Source: Bacilli bacterium (GTDB lineage Bacteria; Bacillota_I; Bacilli_A; RFN20; CAG-826). From it: a stretch of DNA of 64,000 nt. The position numbers and the translations under genes were made by a program. The notes under the pieces were generated by a model. The model saw only the letters and a list, made by a program, of their open reading frames with translations, searched no databases and was not told the DNA's origin. The stretch is from positions 16,829 through 80,828 of the forward strand of contig JAKSUL010000003.1 in assembly GCA_024409055.1 (NCBI GenBank). Reading direction: 5' to 3'. The first letter of the stretch is position 1; each line of letters opens with the position of its first letter. Positions 53,812 to 62,573 of this stretch are shown here, in pieces.

Positions 53812-54582
53812 TTATTTCTTCAAGAAAAGGCGACGGAAATTTTCCTCGACCTTGTTTTCCATATAACCAACCGAAACTTCGCGGAGATATGCCATCTGAG
53901 CAATTATTTCCACGATATATTGTGGTTCGTTTGTTTTTCCTCTATATGGAGTAGGGGCCATATACGGGGAGTCGGTTTCGGTGAGAATGCGATCTTCGCG
54001 ACACGCTTTTACGCATTCTTTCGGCCCAACGGCATTTTTGAAAGTAATAGGTCCATCAAATCCGAAATATAGATCCAACGTTTCGAATCTCTTCATCATT
54101 TCAACTGATCCGGAATAGCAGTGGAGAACCGCCCCGAAAAGAGGACGATGTTCATTTAGAACCTCAAAAGTATCTTCACTTGCGTCACGCGCGTGTATAG
54201 ATAAAGGCAAATGGAGACGGTTCGCCATCTCTATCTGTTTAACAAACCATTTCTTTTGGTTTTGCCTATCTTTTTCTTCTTTGAACCAATGATAATCGAG
54301 GCCGATTTCCCCAATCGCCACGACTTTATCGTTCTTCGTTAATTCTTCTATCTCTAGCAAAGCTTCGTTGGAAACGCCTTCTAGATTTTCGGGATGAAAT
54401 CCAACCGCGGCATAAACTCCGTCGTGGCGAGACGCGATCTCAACGGCTTTTTTCGAAGATTCCAAATCATAGCCCACCACCATTATCAAAGAAACGCCTT
54501 TTTCGTTGGCGCGTTTAATAACTTCGTCTTCGCCTGGAAGAAGGATTTCGTCGTTTATATGGCAATGGGAATCAACAAACAT
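53812..54582 (-). CDS. tatD: TatD-family metal-dependent hydrolase/DNase
   Basis: The start MFVDSHCHIND at ATG 54582 lies 1 nt after the mnmE stop. The track start at 54618 overlaps mnmE. Confidence 0.85.
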   Translation of the reverse strand: MFVDSHCHINDEILLPGEDEVIKRANEKGVSLIMVVGYDLESSKKAVEIASRHDGVYAAVGFHPENLEGVSNEALLEIEELTKNDKVVAIGEIGLDYHWFKEEKDRQNQKKWFVKQIEMANRLHLPLSIHARDASEDTFEVLNEHRPLFGAVLHCYSGSVEMMKRFETLDLYFGFDGPITFKNAVGPKECVKACREDRILTETDSPYMAPTPYRGKTNEPQYIVEIIAQMAYLREVSVGYMENKVEENFRRLFLKK

Positions 54583-54583
54583 T

Positions 54584-55912
54584 CTATTTACCAACGCAGA
54601 ATCTAGAGAATATCTCATCGCTCAAATCATTGGTAGCGACTTCTCCCAATATCTCTCTAATTCCGTTATACGCACTTTGCAAACTGACGGCGACGATATC
54701 GCTCGGGACATCATTCTCCGCATCTTCTTGAGCTCTAGCCAAATCAAGATCGATCTTCTTAAGAAGACCCAACTGTCTGGCGTTATTTAAACTTGGAGTC
54801 TTGAAGCTTTCTTCACTTAAACCAAGCGACTCAAAAATCGCTTCCTTTAATGGTTCGACATCATTTTTTAAAGCGGAAACGTATAATTTGCCGTCTTCGT
54901 GAGAAGGAACCAAGTCACCTTTGTTGTAGCAGATGATGCGGCGCTTACCTTCACTTAAAGTGAGGATTTCTTTTTCGCCTTCGCTCAATTCGTTTCTTCT
55001 GGCATCCAAAACTGCGATTACCAGATCGGCTTCTTGGATAGATTTTTGGCTGCGTTTTACCCCGATTTTCTCTATTTCGTCTTCAGATTCTCTAATACCG
55101 GCCGTATCCAAAAGATGAAGGGCGACACCGTGAATGGATAATTCGCCTTCAACAACGTCCCTAGTTGTACCGGCAATCGAAGAAACGATAGCTTTTTCTT
55201 CTTCGATCAAAGAATTTAAGAGGGAGGATTTTCCAACGTTAGGTTCACCGACGATGGCGACTTTTATTCCCTCTTTAATAATTTGCCCTTGATTGCCTTC
55301 GTCTATCAATTTGGCAATCTGGCGGCGAAGTTCTTCACAATCGGATACGATTTTCGTTTTTGAAGCTACTTCAATATCGTCGTATTCAGGATAATCTATG
55401 TTAACCTCCACCAAAGCCAATAGGTCGGCGATTCCTTTTCTTAATGGCGTCAAACCTTTGCTCGTGCTTCCTTTTAATGACATTAAAGAAAGGTTTTTGG
55501 CTTCTATTGTCGTAGCGTTGATCATATCGTTAACGGCTTCCGCTTCGACAAGATCCATCTTCCCGTTATAGAAAGCACGGGAGGTGAATTCTCCGCGAGT
55601 AGCATAGCTAACCCCTCTAGAGATATAAGCCTCTATGATTTGATTAGCGATAACCATAGAACCATGGCAAATAACCTCAACCGACTCTTCGCCAGTCATT
55701 GATTTGCCGTGTGGATAAGCAAGGAGGACAACTTGATCGATCGTTTCTTTATCTTTAAATTCACCAACGAAAAGAGTGCCTTTTGTGACATCGGAAACTT
55801 TTTTCGTAAATAGTGTGTCGGTCAAAGCCAAAACACCGTCTCCGGAAAGACGAATTATCGCAAGAGCACCTTTTAAAGGTGGAGTAGCTAAAGCAACGAT
55901 TATTCTGCTCAT
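54584..55912 (-). CDS. mnmE: tRNA modification GTPase MnmE
   Basis: G-domain GEPNVGKSSLLN and DTAGIR, and the C-terminal FCVGK motif. The start is taken at MSRIIVALATPP (55912), with an alternative ATG at 55927. The track start at 56002 is unlikely. Confidence 0.9.
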   Translation of the reverse strand: MSRIIVALATPPLKGALAIIRLSGDGVLALTDTLFTKKVSDVTKGTLFVGEFKDKETIDQVVLLAYPHGKSMTGEESVEVICHGSMVIANQIIEAYISRGVSYATRGEFTSRAFYNGKMDLVEAEAVNDMINATTIEAKNLSLMSLKGSTSKGLTPLRKGIADLLALVEVNIDYPEYDDIEVASKTKIVSDCEELRRQIAKLIDEGNQGQIIKEGIKVAIVGEPNVGKSSLLNSLIEEEKAIVSSIAGTTRDVVEGELSIHGVALHLLDTAGIRESEDEIEKIGVKRSQKSIQEADLVIAVLDARRNELSEGEKEILTLSEGKRRIICYNKGDLVPSHEDGKLYVSALKNDVEPLKEAIFESLGLSEESFKTPSLNNARQLGLLKKIDLDLARAQEDAENDVPSDIVAVSLQSAYNGIREILGEVATNDLSDEIFSRFCVGK

Positions 55913-56077
55913 GAATTCATTATACATATTAAAGTTATAAAAATTATCGTCGGTTACTTGAAAACAAGAGTCTACTCTTGTCTTTTTTTTACCTAAACTC
56001 AAAAAGTACTAAAGAAAGCGTTTTCAATAGCGTTTTTTCATCGAAGATATAGCCAAACCATATTGGAGATTTTTCAT

Positions 56078-56526
56078 ATGAAAAAACAACTTTTTTGAAG
56101 GGAATGTCTGCGATTGCTATTTTATCGGCTGCCGGAGTCGCCGCGATCGCCATTGGTACCAATGCCGACATTCAAACTAAAGCTTTAGACGCCAATCAGT
56201 TTATCCACTACAAAGGATTAGCCGCCACTTGTGAACAGGACGGCGTCACTGATTACTACACCAACTGCTACGACGCTACCTACACAGAGCTTCCGGAAGG
56301 AGCGACAGTTGTCGAGGAAAGACAAGCAACCGCCGCCGATATTGAATACATCGCCGAACACGACGAGGAAGACGTCAGGCTCATTCACGCGGTTCAAACC
56401 GCCGAAGACGATTGGACCGTGACATCAGAAGGATTCAATTTCTACAAAAGCGGTTCACAAATAAAAACACTCAATCTCACAAACCGTTCTACCATGAGAG
56501 AGTTATTCACTAGCGACGGTTCATAG
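56078..56526 (+). pseudogene. Small secreted-protein gene interrupted at a T6 tract (frameshifted, phase-variable or a truncated remnant)
   Basis: GGAG (56065-56068) and ATG 56078 give MKKQLF, then a TGA stop. One extra T in the T6 run (56091-56096) would fuse it to LKGMSAIAILSAAGVAAIAIGTNA..., a complete signal peptide. The ORF ends at TAG, followed in frame by GVTSVTIGDVIVTK. Confidence 0.5.
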
Positions 56527-56586
56527 GGCGTTACTTCCGTCACGATCGGAGACGTCATCGTCACCAAATAACAAGCACAAGAATTA

Positions 56587-56617
56587 ACCGTAGATTCAAA
56601 ATCTGCGGTTTTCTTTT
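56587..56617 (+). terminator. Intrinsic terminator after the small plus-strand gene
   Basis: A 10-bp stem accgtagatt/aatctgcggt (one G-U), followed by TTTTCTTTT. Confidence 0.65.
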
Positions 56618-56643
56618 ACCTCTTATATACGCACGCGCACGCG

Positions 56644-56675
56644 AGAAAAAGAAAAGCCGGGGATCAACCCGGCTT
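56644..56675 (-). terminator. Intrinsic terminator after jag
   Basis: aagccggg-gatcaa-cccggctt (56654-56675). The minus-strand reading is followed by TTTCTTTTTC. Confidence 0.7.
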
Positions 56676-56692
56676 ATTCGTTTTTTCGAAGA

Positions 56693-57292
56693 TTAGGCGA
56701 CGTATTTGATTGTGATCGCGCGATTCTTTCCTTCACCAGACGATTCGGTCTTGATGTTCGGGAATTCGGCAAGAGCGTTATGAACGACTCTTCTCTCATC
56801 CGGAGTCATCGGATCGAGTTTGCAATCAACTTTGGTTTTGATGACCTGATAAGCCTGTTTCCTGGCGATACGAACGACCCTGTCGTACTTGTCTTCTTTA
56901 TATCCAGCGACGTCGAGGAGAATCCTATAGCGGTGGCGGAATTTATTGGAGACGGCAAGTTTGACGAGTTCATTGAGAGCTTGGAGAGTGCTTCCGCCTT
57001 TTCCGATAAGGATCGGGTTACGGGCGGAATCAATGGACATCTTGATGATGTCATCTTCAAGAACGGAAGTAACGGTGGCTTCAACTCCGAGAGCGGCAAG
57101 AGCTTTCGTTAAGTATTCTTCGCCAAAGGCAGCGGCGTCTGTTTCGTCATAAGTGGCGATAGTCGCGGTCTTCTTGAAGAGCCCCTTCTTTTCTTCGACG
57201 ACGGTGTAGATGAGTTTTTCGGCATCGCAGCCGAGTTCGGCGGCGGCGTTAGCAACGGCCTCTTCGACCGTCTTAGCGACGAATTGTTTCAT
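56693..57292 (-). CDS. jag: Jag/KhpB RNA-binding protein (KH plus R3H domains)
   Basis: Its position downstream of yidC fits. KH-like GKGGSTLQALNELV and the R3H region MTPDERRVVHNAL are present. Confidence 0.85.
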   Translation of the reverse strand: MKQFVAKTVEEAVANAAAELGCDAEKLIYTVVEEKKGLFKKTATIATYDETDAAAFGEEYLTKALAALGVEATVTSVLEDDIIKMSIDSARNPILIGKGGSTLQALNELVKLAVSNKFRHRYRILLDVAGYKEDKYDRVVRIARKQAYQVIKTKVDCKLDPMTPDERRVVHNALAEFPNIKTESSGEGKNRAITIKYVA

Positions 57293-57303
57293 GTTATATC
57301 CCC

Positions 57304-59085
57304 TTAGTGTTTTTTACCTTTAGCAAGAACAAGCTGGGTGATACCGGTCTGCATCATGGAGATGAGACCACCAATCAACCAATAGACGCCCATAGCGGAC
57401 GGGAGGAAGAAGCCCATGATGATGGTGAAGATCAACATACCATAGGTGATCCATTTCATTTGCTTGTTATTCTTATCCTGAGCAGGATTCTTGCTTAATT
57501 TGGTAATCTTCTTGTTCTTAGCTTTGTTGATAAGCTGAGGCAAGAGCATGGCGAAGAACTGAGTGGCCGCCATAAGGATGAAGAGAACAAGGGCTGTCCA
57601 CCATCCGTTGATGTTGGCGTACCAAGCTTGTCCGTTTCCGATCGTGTTGAACAAAACGGATTGGATGGTATCACTTAATCTTAGATTCAAGAATTGACCA
57701 GAGCTGAGAGCGGCCGATCCTTGGAGAGCGGACCACACGCAGATGAAGATCGGGAACTGGAAGATCAAGACAATGAGCTGACCCATTGGGTTGATTTTAT
57801 TGCGCTTATAAAGCGCCATCTGTTCCTGAGCAAGCCTTTGTTTTTCGGCTTGGTTGGTATTGGAGTTCGGATATTTTTGCTGAAGTTTTGCAAGTTGCGG
57901 CTGCAAAGCCTGCATCTTTTGCTGACTTAACGTTGTTTTGAACGTGGCCGCCATCATGATGAGGCGGACGATCAAGGTAACCAAGACGATGGAGATGATT
58001 TGGCCAACGCCGGTGAGGGCTGGGTCAATTCCATACGCAATGGTGTCGGTTAACCAAGAGATAGGATAAACGAGGAGGCCTTCAAGGAAGCCTTTGCTCC
58101 AAGCATATCCCCAATCTTTCGTCTCAACGCGAACTTCCCAGTCGGCGTTGCTGCCGTAATGGCCGAAGACGCCTTCTTTGGTGGAAGTGGCGATGCAGGA
58201 ACGGTTGGCGTTTACCTTAGCGACGACTTGGCTTTGATAAACAGCCATGAAATCGTCAGTTGGGCAAGCGTCCATGTCGATACTGCGGAGGTATTCGTTC
58301 CAAGTGGACATGTTCGCCCAGATGGCGGTTTTGCCATCGTCTCCGTAGCCGGAGAACTTAACTTCGCCAAAACGACGAAGGATCGAATAGCCTACATTGT
58401 TTTCTTTATCGAAAATGAGACTGTTGATTTTGTCGGACGGGGTTCCGTTTTTATCACCGTTATAATCGTATTCGGTGTACGGATTAACGACCAATGCTCC
58501 ATTTGCGTTGTCTCCGGTGTTTCCAACTTTAATGGAGTTGAGGAAATCCGGTTTGACGATGTCGGTCAAGGCTTTAGTGCCGTCTTCGTACATTTTGAAA
58601 TCGTAATGGGTATACGAAGCGAAATCATCGGCGATTTGACCTCTATCGATAGCAGCTTCAATGATGGAAGCTTCTAAAGCGAATTGGTCGATTTGTTCGA
58701 AATACCATTTGGACGGGGCGCGGAAACCGTAATTGGTAGAGGCGGCATTGGTGAGGATGGTGTTAACCAAGAAATCCTGAGCCTTCGCAGCTTTGTAGGA
58801 TTTTGCTTCAGTTTTGCCATCGACGTATTCAAACGGTATGTATTTGTAGACGGTTGTGTTTCCCGGGATAGCCAATTCCGGGGCGCTGGCTCCATCGGGG
58901 AGCCCGGCAGTGACAAGCTCGTTAGCTTGCTCTTGAGTTAGGTAAACGGTGACGCCTTGTTCGTACGGATAGGCCATATTAGCCTGGTCGGTCGCGGAGC
59001 AGAAGCTTTGCGTGCATGACGAAAGCAAGACGGCGCCTAATCCTAGCGCGGCTATGCCGAGTATCGTTTTCTTAGTGTGTTTCAA
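57304..59085 (-). CDS. yidC: YidC/Oxa1-family membrane insertase, lipoprotein form with a ~320-aa extracytoplasmic N-terminal domain
   Basis: Lipobox LLSSCTQ. The conserved C-terminal core is KLQQKYPNSNTNQAEKQRLAQEQMALYKRNKINPMG...PIFICVWSAL...MGVYWLIGGLISMMQ. Confidence 0.85.
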   Translation of the reverse strand: MKHTKKTILGIAALGLGAVLLSSCTQSFCSATDQANMAYPYEQGVTVYLTQEQANELVTAGLPDGASAPELAIPGNTTVYKYIPFEYVDGKTEAKSYKAAKAQDFLVNTILTNAASTNYGFRAPSKWYFEQIDQFALEASIIEAAIDRGQIADDFASYTHYDFKMYEDGTKALTDIVKPDFLNSIKVGNTGDNANGALVVNPYTEYDYNGDKNGTPSDKINSLIFDKENNVGYSILRRFGEVKFSGYGDDGKTAIWANMSTWNEYLRSIDMDACPTDDFMAVYQSQVVAKVNANRSCIATSTKEGVFGHYGSNADWEVRVETKDWGYAWSKGFLEGLLVYPISWLTDTIAYGIDPALTGVGQIISIVLVTLIVRLIMMAATFKTTLSQQKMQALQPQLAKLQQKYPNSNTNQAEKQRLAQEQMALYKRNKINPMGQLIVLIFQFPIFICVWSALQGSAALSSGQFLNLRLSDTIQSVLFNTIGNGQAWYANINGWWTALVLFILMAATQFFAMLLPQLINKAKNKKITKLSKNPAQDKNNKQMKWITYGMLIFTIIMGFFLPSAMGVYWLIGGLISMMQTGITQLVLAKGKKH

Positions 59086-59417
59086 TTCTGGCGTTCCTTA
59101 ATGGTGTCTAGAGCTTTGTTCAGCTCATCTTTGGCCTCCTGATACCTCTCGGGATCGTAAGAAGGTCGGATTATGACGATGAGGTTGACGTTGACTCGGT
59201 AATCATCGCGTTCGGCGAAGATGGCCCTGACCTGACGTTTTTCTTTCACTCTGACCACGGCTTTCCCGTTGGCTTTCCCGACGGCGATGCCGATTCGAGA
59301 ATAACCCAGCTCGTTAGTTTCGTAGCAAAGAGAGAAGTGAGGGGTCCTGAGGCTTTTACCGGATCTTATGATGCGGTCAAATTCCTGGTGTTTTAGAATC
59401 CGGAATTGCCTTTTCAT
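59082..59417 (-). CDS. rnpA: Ribonuclease P protein component
   Basis: LKHQEFDRIIRSGKSLRTPHF, the length (111 aa) and the position between rpmH and yidC. Confidence 0.9.
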   Translation of the reverse strand: MKRQFRILKHQEFDRIIRSGKSLRTPHFSLCYETNELGYSRIGIAVGKANGKAVVRVKEKRQVRAIFAERDDYRVNVNLIVIIRPSYDPERYQEAKDELNKALDTIKERQN

Positions 59418-59425
59418 GTCGAAAA

Positions 59426-59560
59426 TTAGGCAGCGACGTTCTTGCGGCCTTTCTTTCTCCTGGCGGCAATGATTTTGCGGCCGGTCGGGGTGCTCATGCG
59501 GGCTCTGAATCCGCTGACGTTGGCGTGCTTTCTCTTAGAAGGCTGGTAAGTTTTTTTCAT
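59426..59560 (-). CDS. rpmH: 50S ribosomal protein L34
   Basis: Not in the ORF track (44 aa). My translation is [51 protein letters not shown] lies at 59568-59571. Confidence 0.95.
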   Translation of the reverse strand: MKKTYQPSKRKHANVSGFRARMSTPTGRKIIAARRKKGRKNVAA

Positions 59561-59595
59561 ATGTTTTCTCCTAAACCTTGCGGTTTGCGAGTGTA

Positions 59596-59624
59596 ATTAT
59601 AGGGAAGGAGGCTGAACAACTCAA
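59596..59624 (-). promoter_or_regulatory. Candidate sigma-A promoter of the rpmH-rnpA-yidC-jag operon
   Basis: On the minus strand: -35 TTGAGT (59624..59619), a 17-nt spacer, and a perfect -10 TATAAT (59601..59596). Confidence 0.6.
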
Positions 59625-59819
59625 TCACGAACGTGCACGAGTGAATACGCACGCACGAGTAGTAAAGGCTCGTTATACACATTCAAAAGAATTTCACACA
59701 CTTGTGGATAAAGCGTGAATACGTTAGATTTCATCGAACTTTTTATTATGTTTTTTATGTGGAAAACTCAAAAAGTTTCGAATTTGCCTATATGTTTTGC
59801 TTTGTGGAAAACTTAGAAT
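59625..59819. other. oriC, dnaA-upstream part (DnaA-box cluster)
   Basis: DnaA boxes against the consensus TTATCCACA: a perfect box at 59703-59711 (TGTGGATAA, reverse orientation), TTATACACA at 59673-59681 (1 mismatch), and TGTGGAAAA at 59758-59766 and 59803-59811 (1 mismatch each, reverse orientation). GTGAATACG is repeated at 59641 and 59715. Confidence 0.8.
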
Positions 59820-61193
59820 ATGCCTCAGGTAAAAACTATGAACGTTACACAATTGAACGATCTCTGGCGCCGAGTCCTCGCCAGAATAAAAGAAGAACTG
59901 AACGATCAAAGAATCTTTGATTCTTTCATTGCAGACTCATATGCGGATAGATTAGAAGACAATACGTTGTATGTTGTGGCCAATTCCGGTTTGGCGGTCC
60001 AAATTCTAGGTGCAAAATACGCCTCGATGTTCGAAGAAGCTGTCCAAGCAGCGGCCGGAACTACATATTTAATCAAATTCATCACAGCGGACGATGTGGA
60101 TAACTCAAAACCGCGTCAAGAAGTGGAAAAACCTCTTTTCTTCGCCGACGCCAGAATCAATCCGGCCTACACGTTCCAAACGTTCGTGGCGGGTCTAAGC
60201 AATCACCAGGCTCGCGAAGGGTCGTTGGTCGTTTCTCGCGATCCAGGGAAAACTTTTAACCCGTTGTTCATTTACGGCGATTCTGGTTTGGGGAAAACTC
60301 ACTTGTTGCACGCTATCGCTAATGCGATAAAAGCAACGAGACCAATGTGCAAAGTTCTTCTCATCACTGCCACGGATTTCGTTGACGAATTCATGAAATT
60401 TTTAACCGGAGACCAAAAGGGGTCGGGATTGAAGGAGTACTTCAAATCAAGCGTCGACGTCTTTTTGATCGACGATATCCAGATGCTCACCGGAAAAGAA
60501 GCGACGATGAATATGTTCTTCGACGTTTTCTCTTCATTAGCTAACGCCGGCAAACAAATCGTCATAACATCCGATAAGCATCCAAGCCAGCTGAATGGCT
60601 TCGAACCGCGTCTGAAGACGCGCTTTGTCCAAGGTTTGACGTTATGCGTTAAAAAGCCAGACCCAGAAACCTGCAAAGAAATTTTAAGGAAAAAAATATC
60701 CGCCAACGGATTAGACGCTTCCAATTTCGACGATGAAGTCATCGAATTTTGCGCGGATAGATTCTCCGACAACGTCAGGGAACTCGAAGAGGCCTTAAAC
60801 CTTTTGGTTTTCTACACAGTGAACATCAAGCCAACGACACACGTGGACATCGAAATCGCCATGGAAGCCGTCTCAAGCTTAACCGACATGCAGGCTGATT
60901 CCGTCAAACTTTCTGAAAGAAAAATCATCAACACCGTTGCCGATTACTACTCAATCCCGGTCAACCAAATAACCGGATCCAGCCGCGTCGCCCAAATTGC
61001 GATGGCCAGGCACATCTGCATGTATCTAATCCGCTACACATTAGACACTCCGCTCACCAAAATCGGAAAATCGTTCGGCGGAAGGGATCACACCACTGTT
61101 ATGAACTCGATTCAGAAGGTGGAAACAGAGTTGAAAACAAACGAGCAAATGCGACAAGCTATCGCGGAGCTGAAAAAGAAGATAAATAGCTGA
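59820..61193 (+). CDS. dnaA: Chromosomal replication initiator protein DnaA
   Basis: AAA+ motif GDSGLGKTHLLHAI and the C-terminal DNA-binding helix region ...IAMARHICMYLIRYTL...GGRDHTTVMNSIQKV. An alternative start lies at ATG 59838 (MNVTQLNDLW). Confidence 0.95.
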   Translation: MPQVKTMNVTQLNDLWRRVLARIKEELNDQRIFDSFIADSYADRLEDNTLYVVANSGLAVQILGAKYASMFEEAVQAAAGTTYLIKFITADDVDNSKPRQEVEKPLFFADARINPAYTFQTFVAGLSNHQAREGSLVVSRDPGKTFNPLFIYGDSGLGKTHLLHAIANAIKATRPMCKVLLITATDFVDEFMKFLTGDQKGSGLKEYFKSSVDVFLIDDIQMLTGKEATMNMFFDVFSSLANAGKQIVITSDKHPSQLNGFEPRLKTRFVQGLTLCVKKPDPETCKEILRKKISANGLDASNFDDEVIEFCADRFSDNVRELEEALNLLVFYTVNIKPTTHVDIEIAMEAVSSLTDMQADSVKLSERKIINTVADYYSIPVNQITGSSRVAQIAMARHICMYLIRYTLDTPLTKIGKSFGGRDHTTVMNSIQKVETELKTNEQMRQAIAELKKKINS

Positions 61194-61343
61194 TGTATTT
61201 ATAAAATAAATAAAAGGTGCAAAGAAAACGTCTGTCGTGATACAATATTCACAAGGAAAAAGGCGTTTATCCACCGAATCCACAGCCCTTATTATTACTT
61301 TTTATTCTTTTAATTAATAAATATAACCGGAGGAATATATAGA
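61194..61343. other. oriC, dnaA-dnaN spacer (DnaA boxes plus an AT-rich candidate unwinding element)
   Basis: TTATCCACC at 61267-61275 (1 mismatch) and GAATCCACA at 61276-61284. An AT-rich run ttattattactttttattcttttaattaataaatata follows at 61289-61326. Confidence 0.65.
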
Positions 61344-62465
61344 ATGCGTTTCACCATCGACAAAGAACAATTGTTCAAAGGCTTAGTTACCGCAAGCCAC
61401 GCCGTTGCCTCTAAAGCACCAATCCCCCTTCTTACTAACTTGAAATTGGATCTTAACGAAAAAGGATTAGAAATAACCGGATCCAATAGCGAAATAACCA
61501 TCAGATACACAGTTCCTTATATGATCGAAGGACGTGAAATCATCCGCAATGCCGGTTACGGCGCCACATTGGTCAATGCTCGCATCGTTACCGAAGCTGT
61601 CCGAAGGGTCGAAAACCAAACTCTTTCTGTCGAAGTCATCGACGACTCAGTCGTTAAAATCGAAGACGGAAAATCCTCTTTCAAACTCAATTCGATGAAA
61701 GCTGAGGAATACCCGGATATCGATTTAGATCCTGCTGGATGCGTTATCGAAGTGAAGGCCAACATGTTCGCCTCTTTGGTTGAGCAAAGTGCTTTCGCCG
61801 CCTCCCAAAAGGATGTTCGCCCGATTCTTAAATCCCTTAACCTCCAAGCCGACGGCGAGTCTTTAATCGCTACCGCGACCGACTCTGCTCGTTTGGCCAG
61901 AAAGACCGTCCTTACGTATAACGACGCCAAGTTTACTTGCAACGTCCCGGCGAAGACCGTCCAGGAAATCGTCCGTCTCTTCGAAAACGCCGAATCAGTT
62001 CGTATTTCGGTCGACGACAGGAAGATCCTCTTCGAATTTGGACGCACTGTTGTCTCGAGCCGTTTAATCCCTGGAGATTATCCGGTCACCAGCGCCATCA
62101 TCCCTCAAAACTTCAATTATTATCTAGAGGTTAACGCCCAAGAGCTTTTAAAGGCGATTGATCGTGTCCGCATCCTTTCCGCCGACAATGAACCTGTCGT
62201 CAAATTGTCCATGAAGGAAGATGATGTGGAAATTTCCGCAAAGAGCGATGTCAACGGTTCCGCCGTCGAACACCTTTCCGCCTATCAATTCACCGGCGAG
62301 AGAATTGTCGTTTCCTTCAATTCAAACTTCGTCATCGACGCCGTAAAAGCGTTGAAATCTGAAGATGTCACCATTTGCTTCTTGGGCGAAATGAAGCCTT
62401 TCGTCGTCAAGAACCCGAAAGATGCCACCGCAGTTGAATTGATCACTCCGATGAGGACTTATTAA
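61344..62465 (+). CDS. dnaN: DNA polymerase III beta sliding clamp
   Basis: MRFTIDKEQLFKGL... and a length of 373 aa, immediately after dnaA. RBS GGAGG lies upstream. Confidence 0.95.
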   Translation: MRFTIDKEQLFKGLVTASHAVASKAPIPLLTNLKLDLNEKGLEITGSNSEITIRYTVPYMIEGREIIRNAGYGATLVNARIVTEAVRRVENQTLSVEVIDDSVVKIEDGKSSFKLNSMKAEEYPDIDLDPAGCVIEVKANMFASLVEQSAFAASQKDVRPILKSLNLQADGESLIATATDSARLARKTVLTYNDAKFTCNVPAKTVQEIVRLFENAESVRISVDDRKILFEFGRTVVSSRLIPGDYPVTSAIIPQNFNYYLEVNAQELLKAIDRVRILSADNEPVVKLSMKEDDVEISAKSDVNGSAVEHLSAYQFTGERIVVSFNSNFVIDAVKALKSEDVTICFLGEMKPFVVKNPKDATAVELITPMRTY

Positions 62466-62494
62466 TCAAATAAAGCCATTTAAAATTTCTCAAA

Positions 62495-62523
62495 AGATAG
62501 GCAAAAAAAGCCTATCTTTTTTT
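62495..62523 (+). terminator. Intrinsic terminator after dnaN
   Basis: agataggc, A7 loop, gcctatct, followed by a T7 run. Confidence 0.75.
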
Positions 62524-62573
62524 ACTACGTAGTAGTAAACTTATTTTGAGGCTTTTATAGCCACTTTTATCGC

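Noticed and set aside
62523-62534. 12-nt perfect palindrome TACTACGTAGTA between the dnaN terminator and yaaA
   Set aside because: It is short and AT-rich, occurs only once in the window, and overlaps no recognisable promoter elements. That is not enough to call it an operator.
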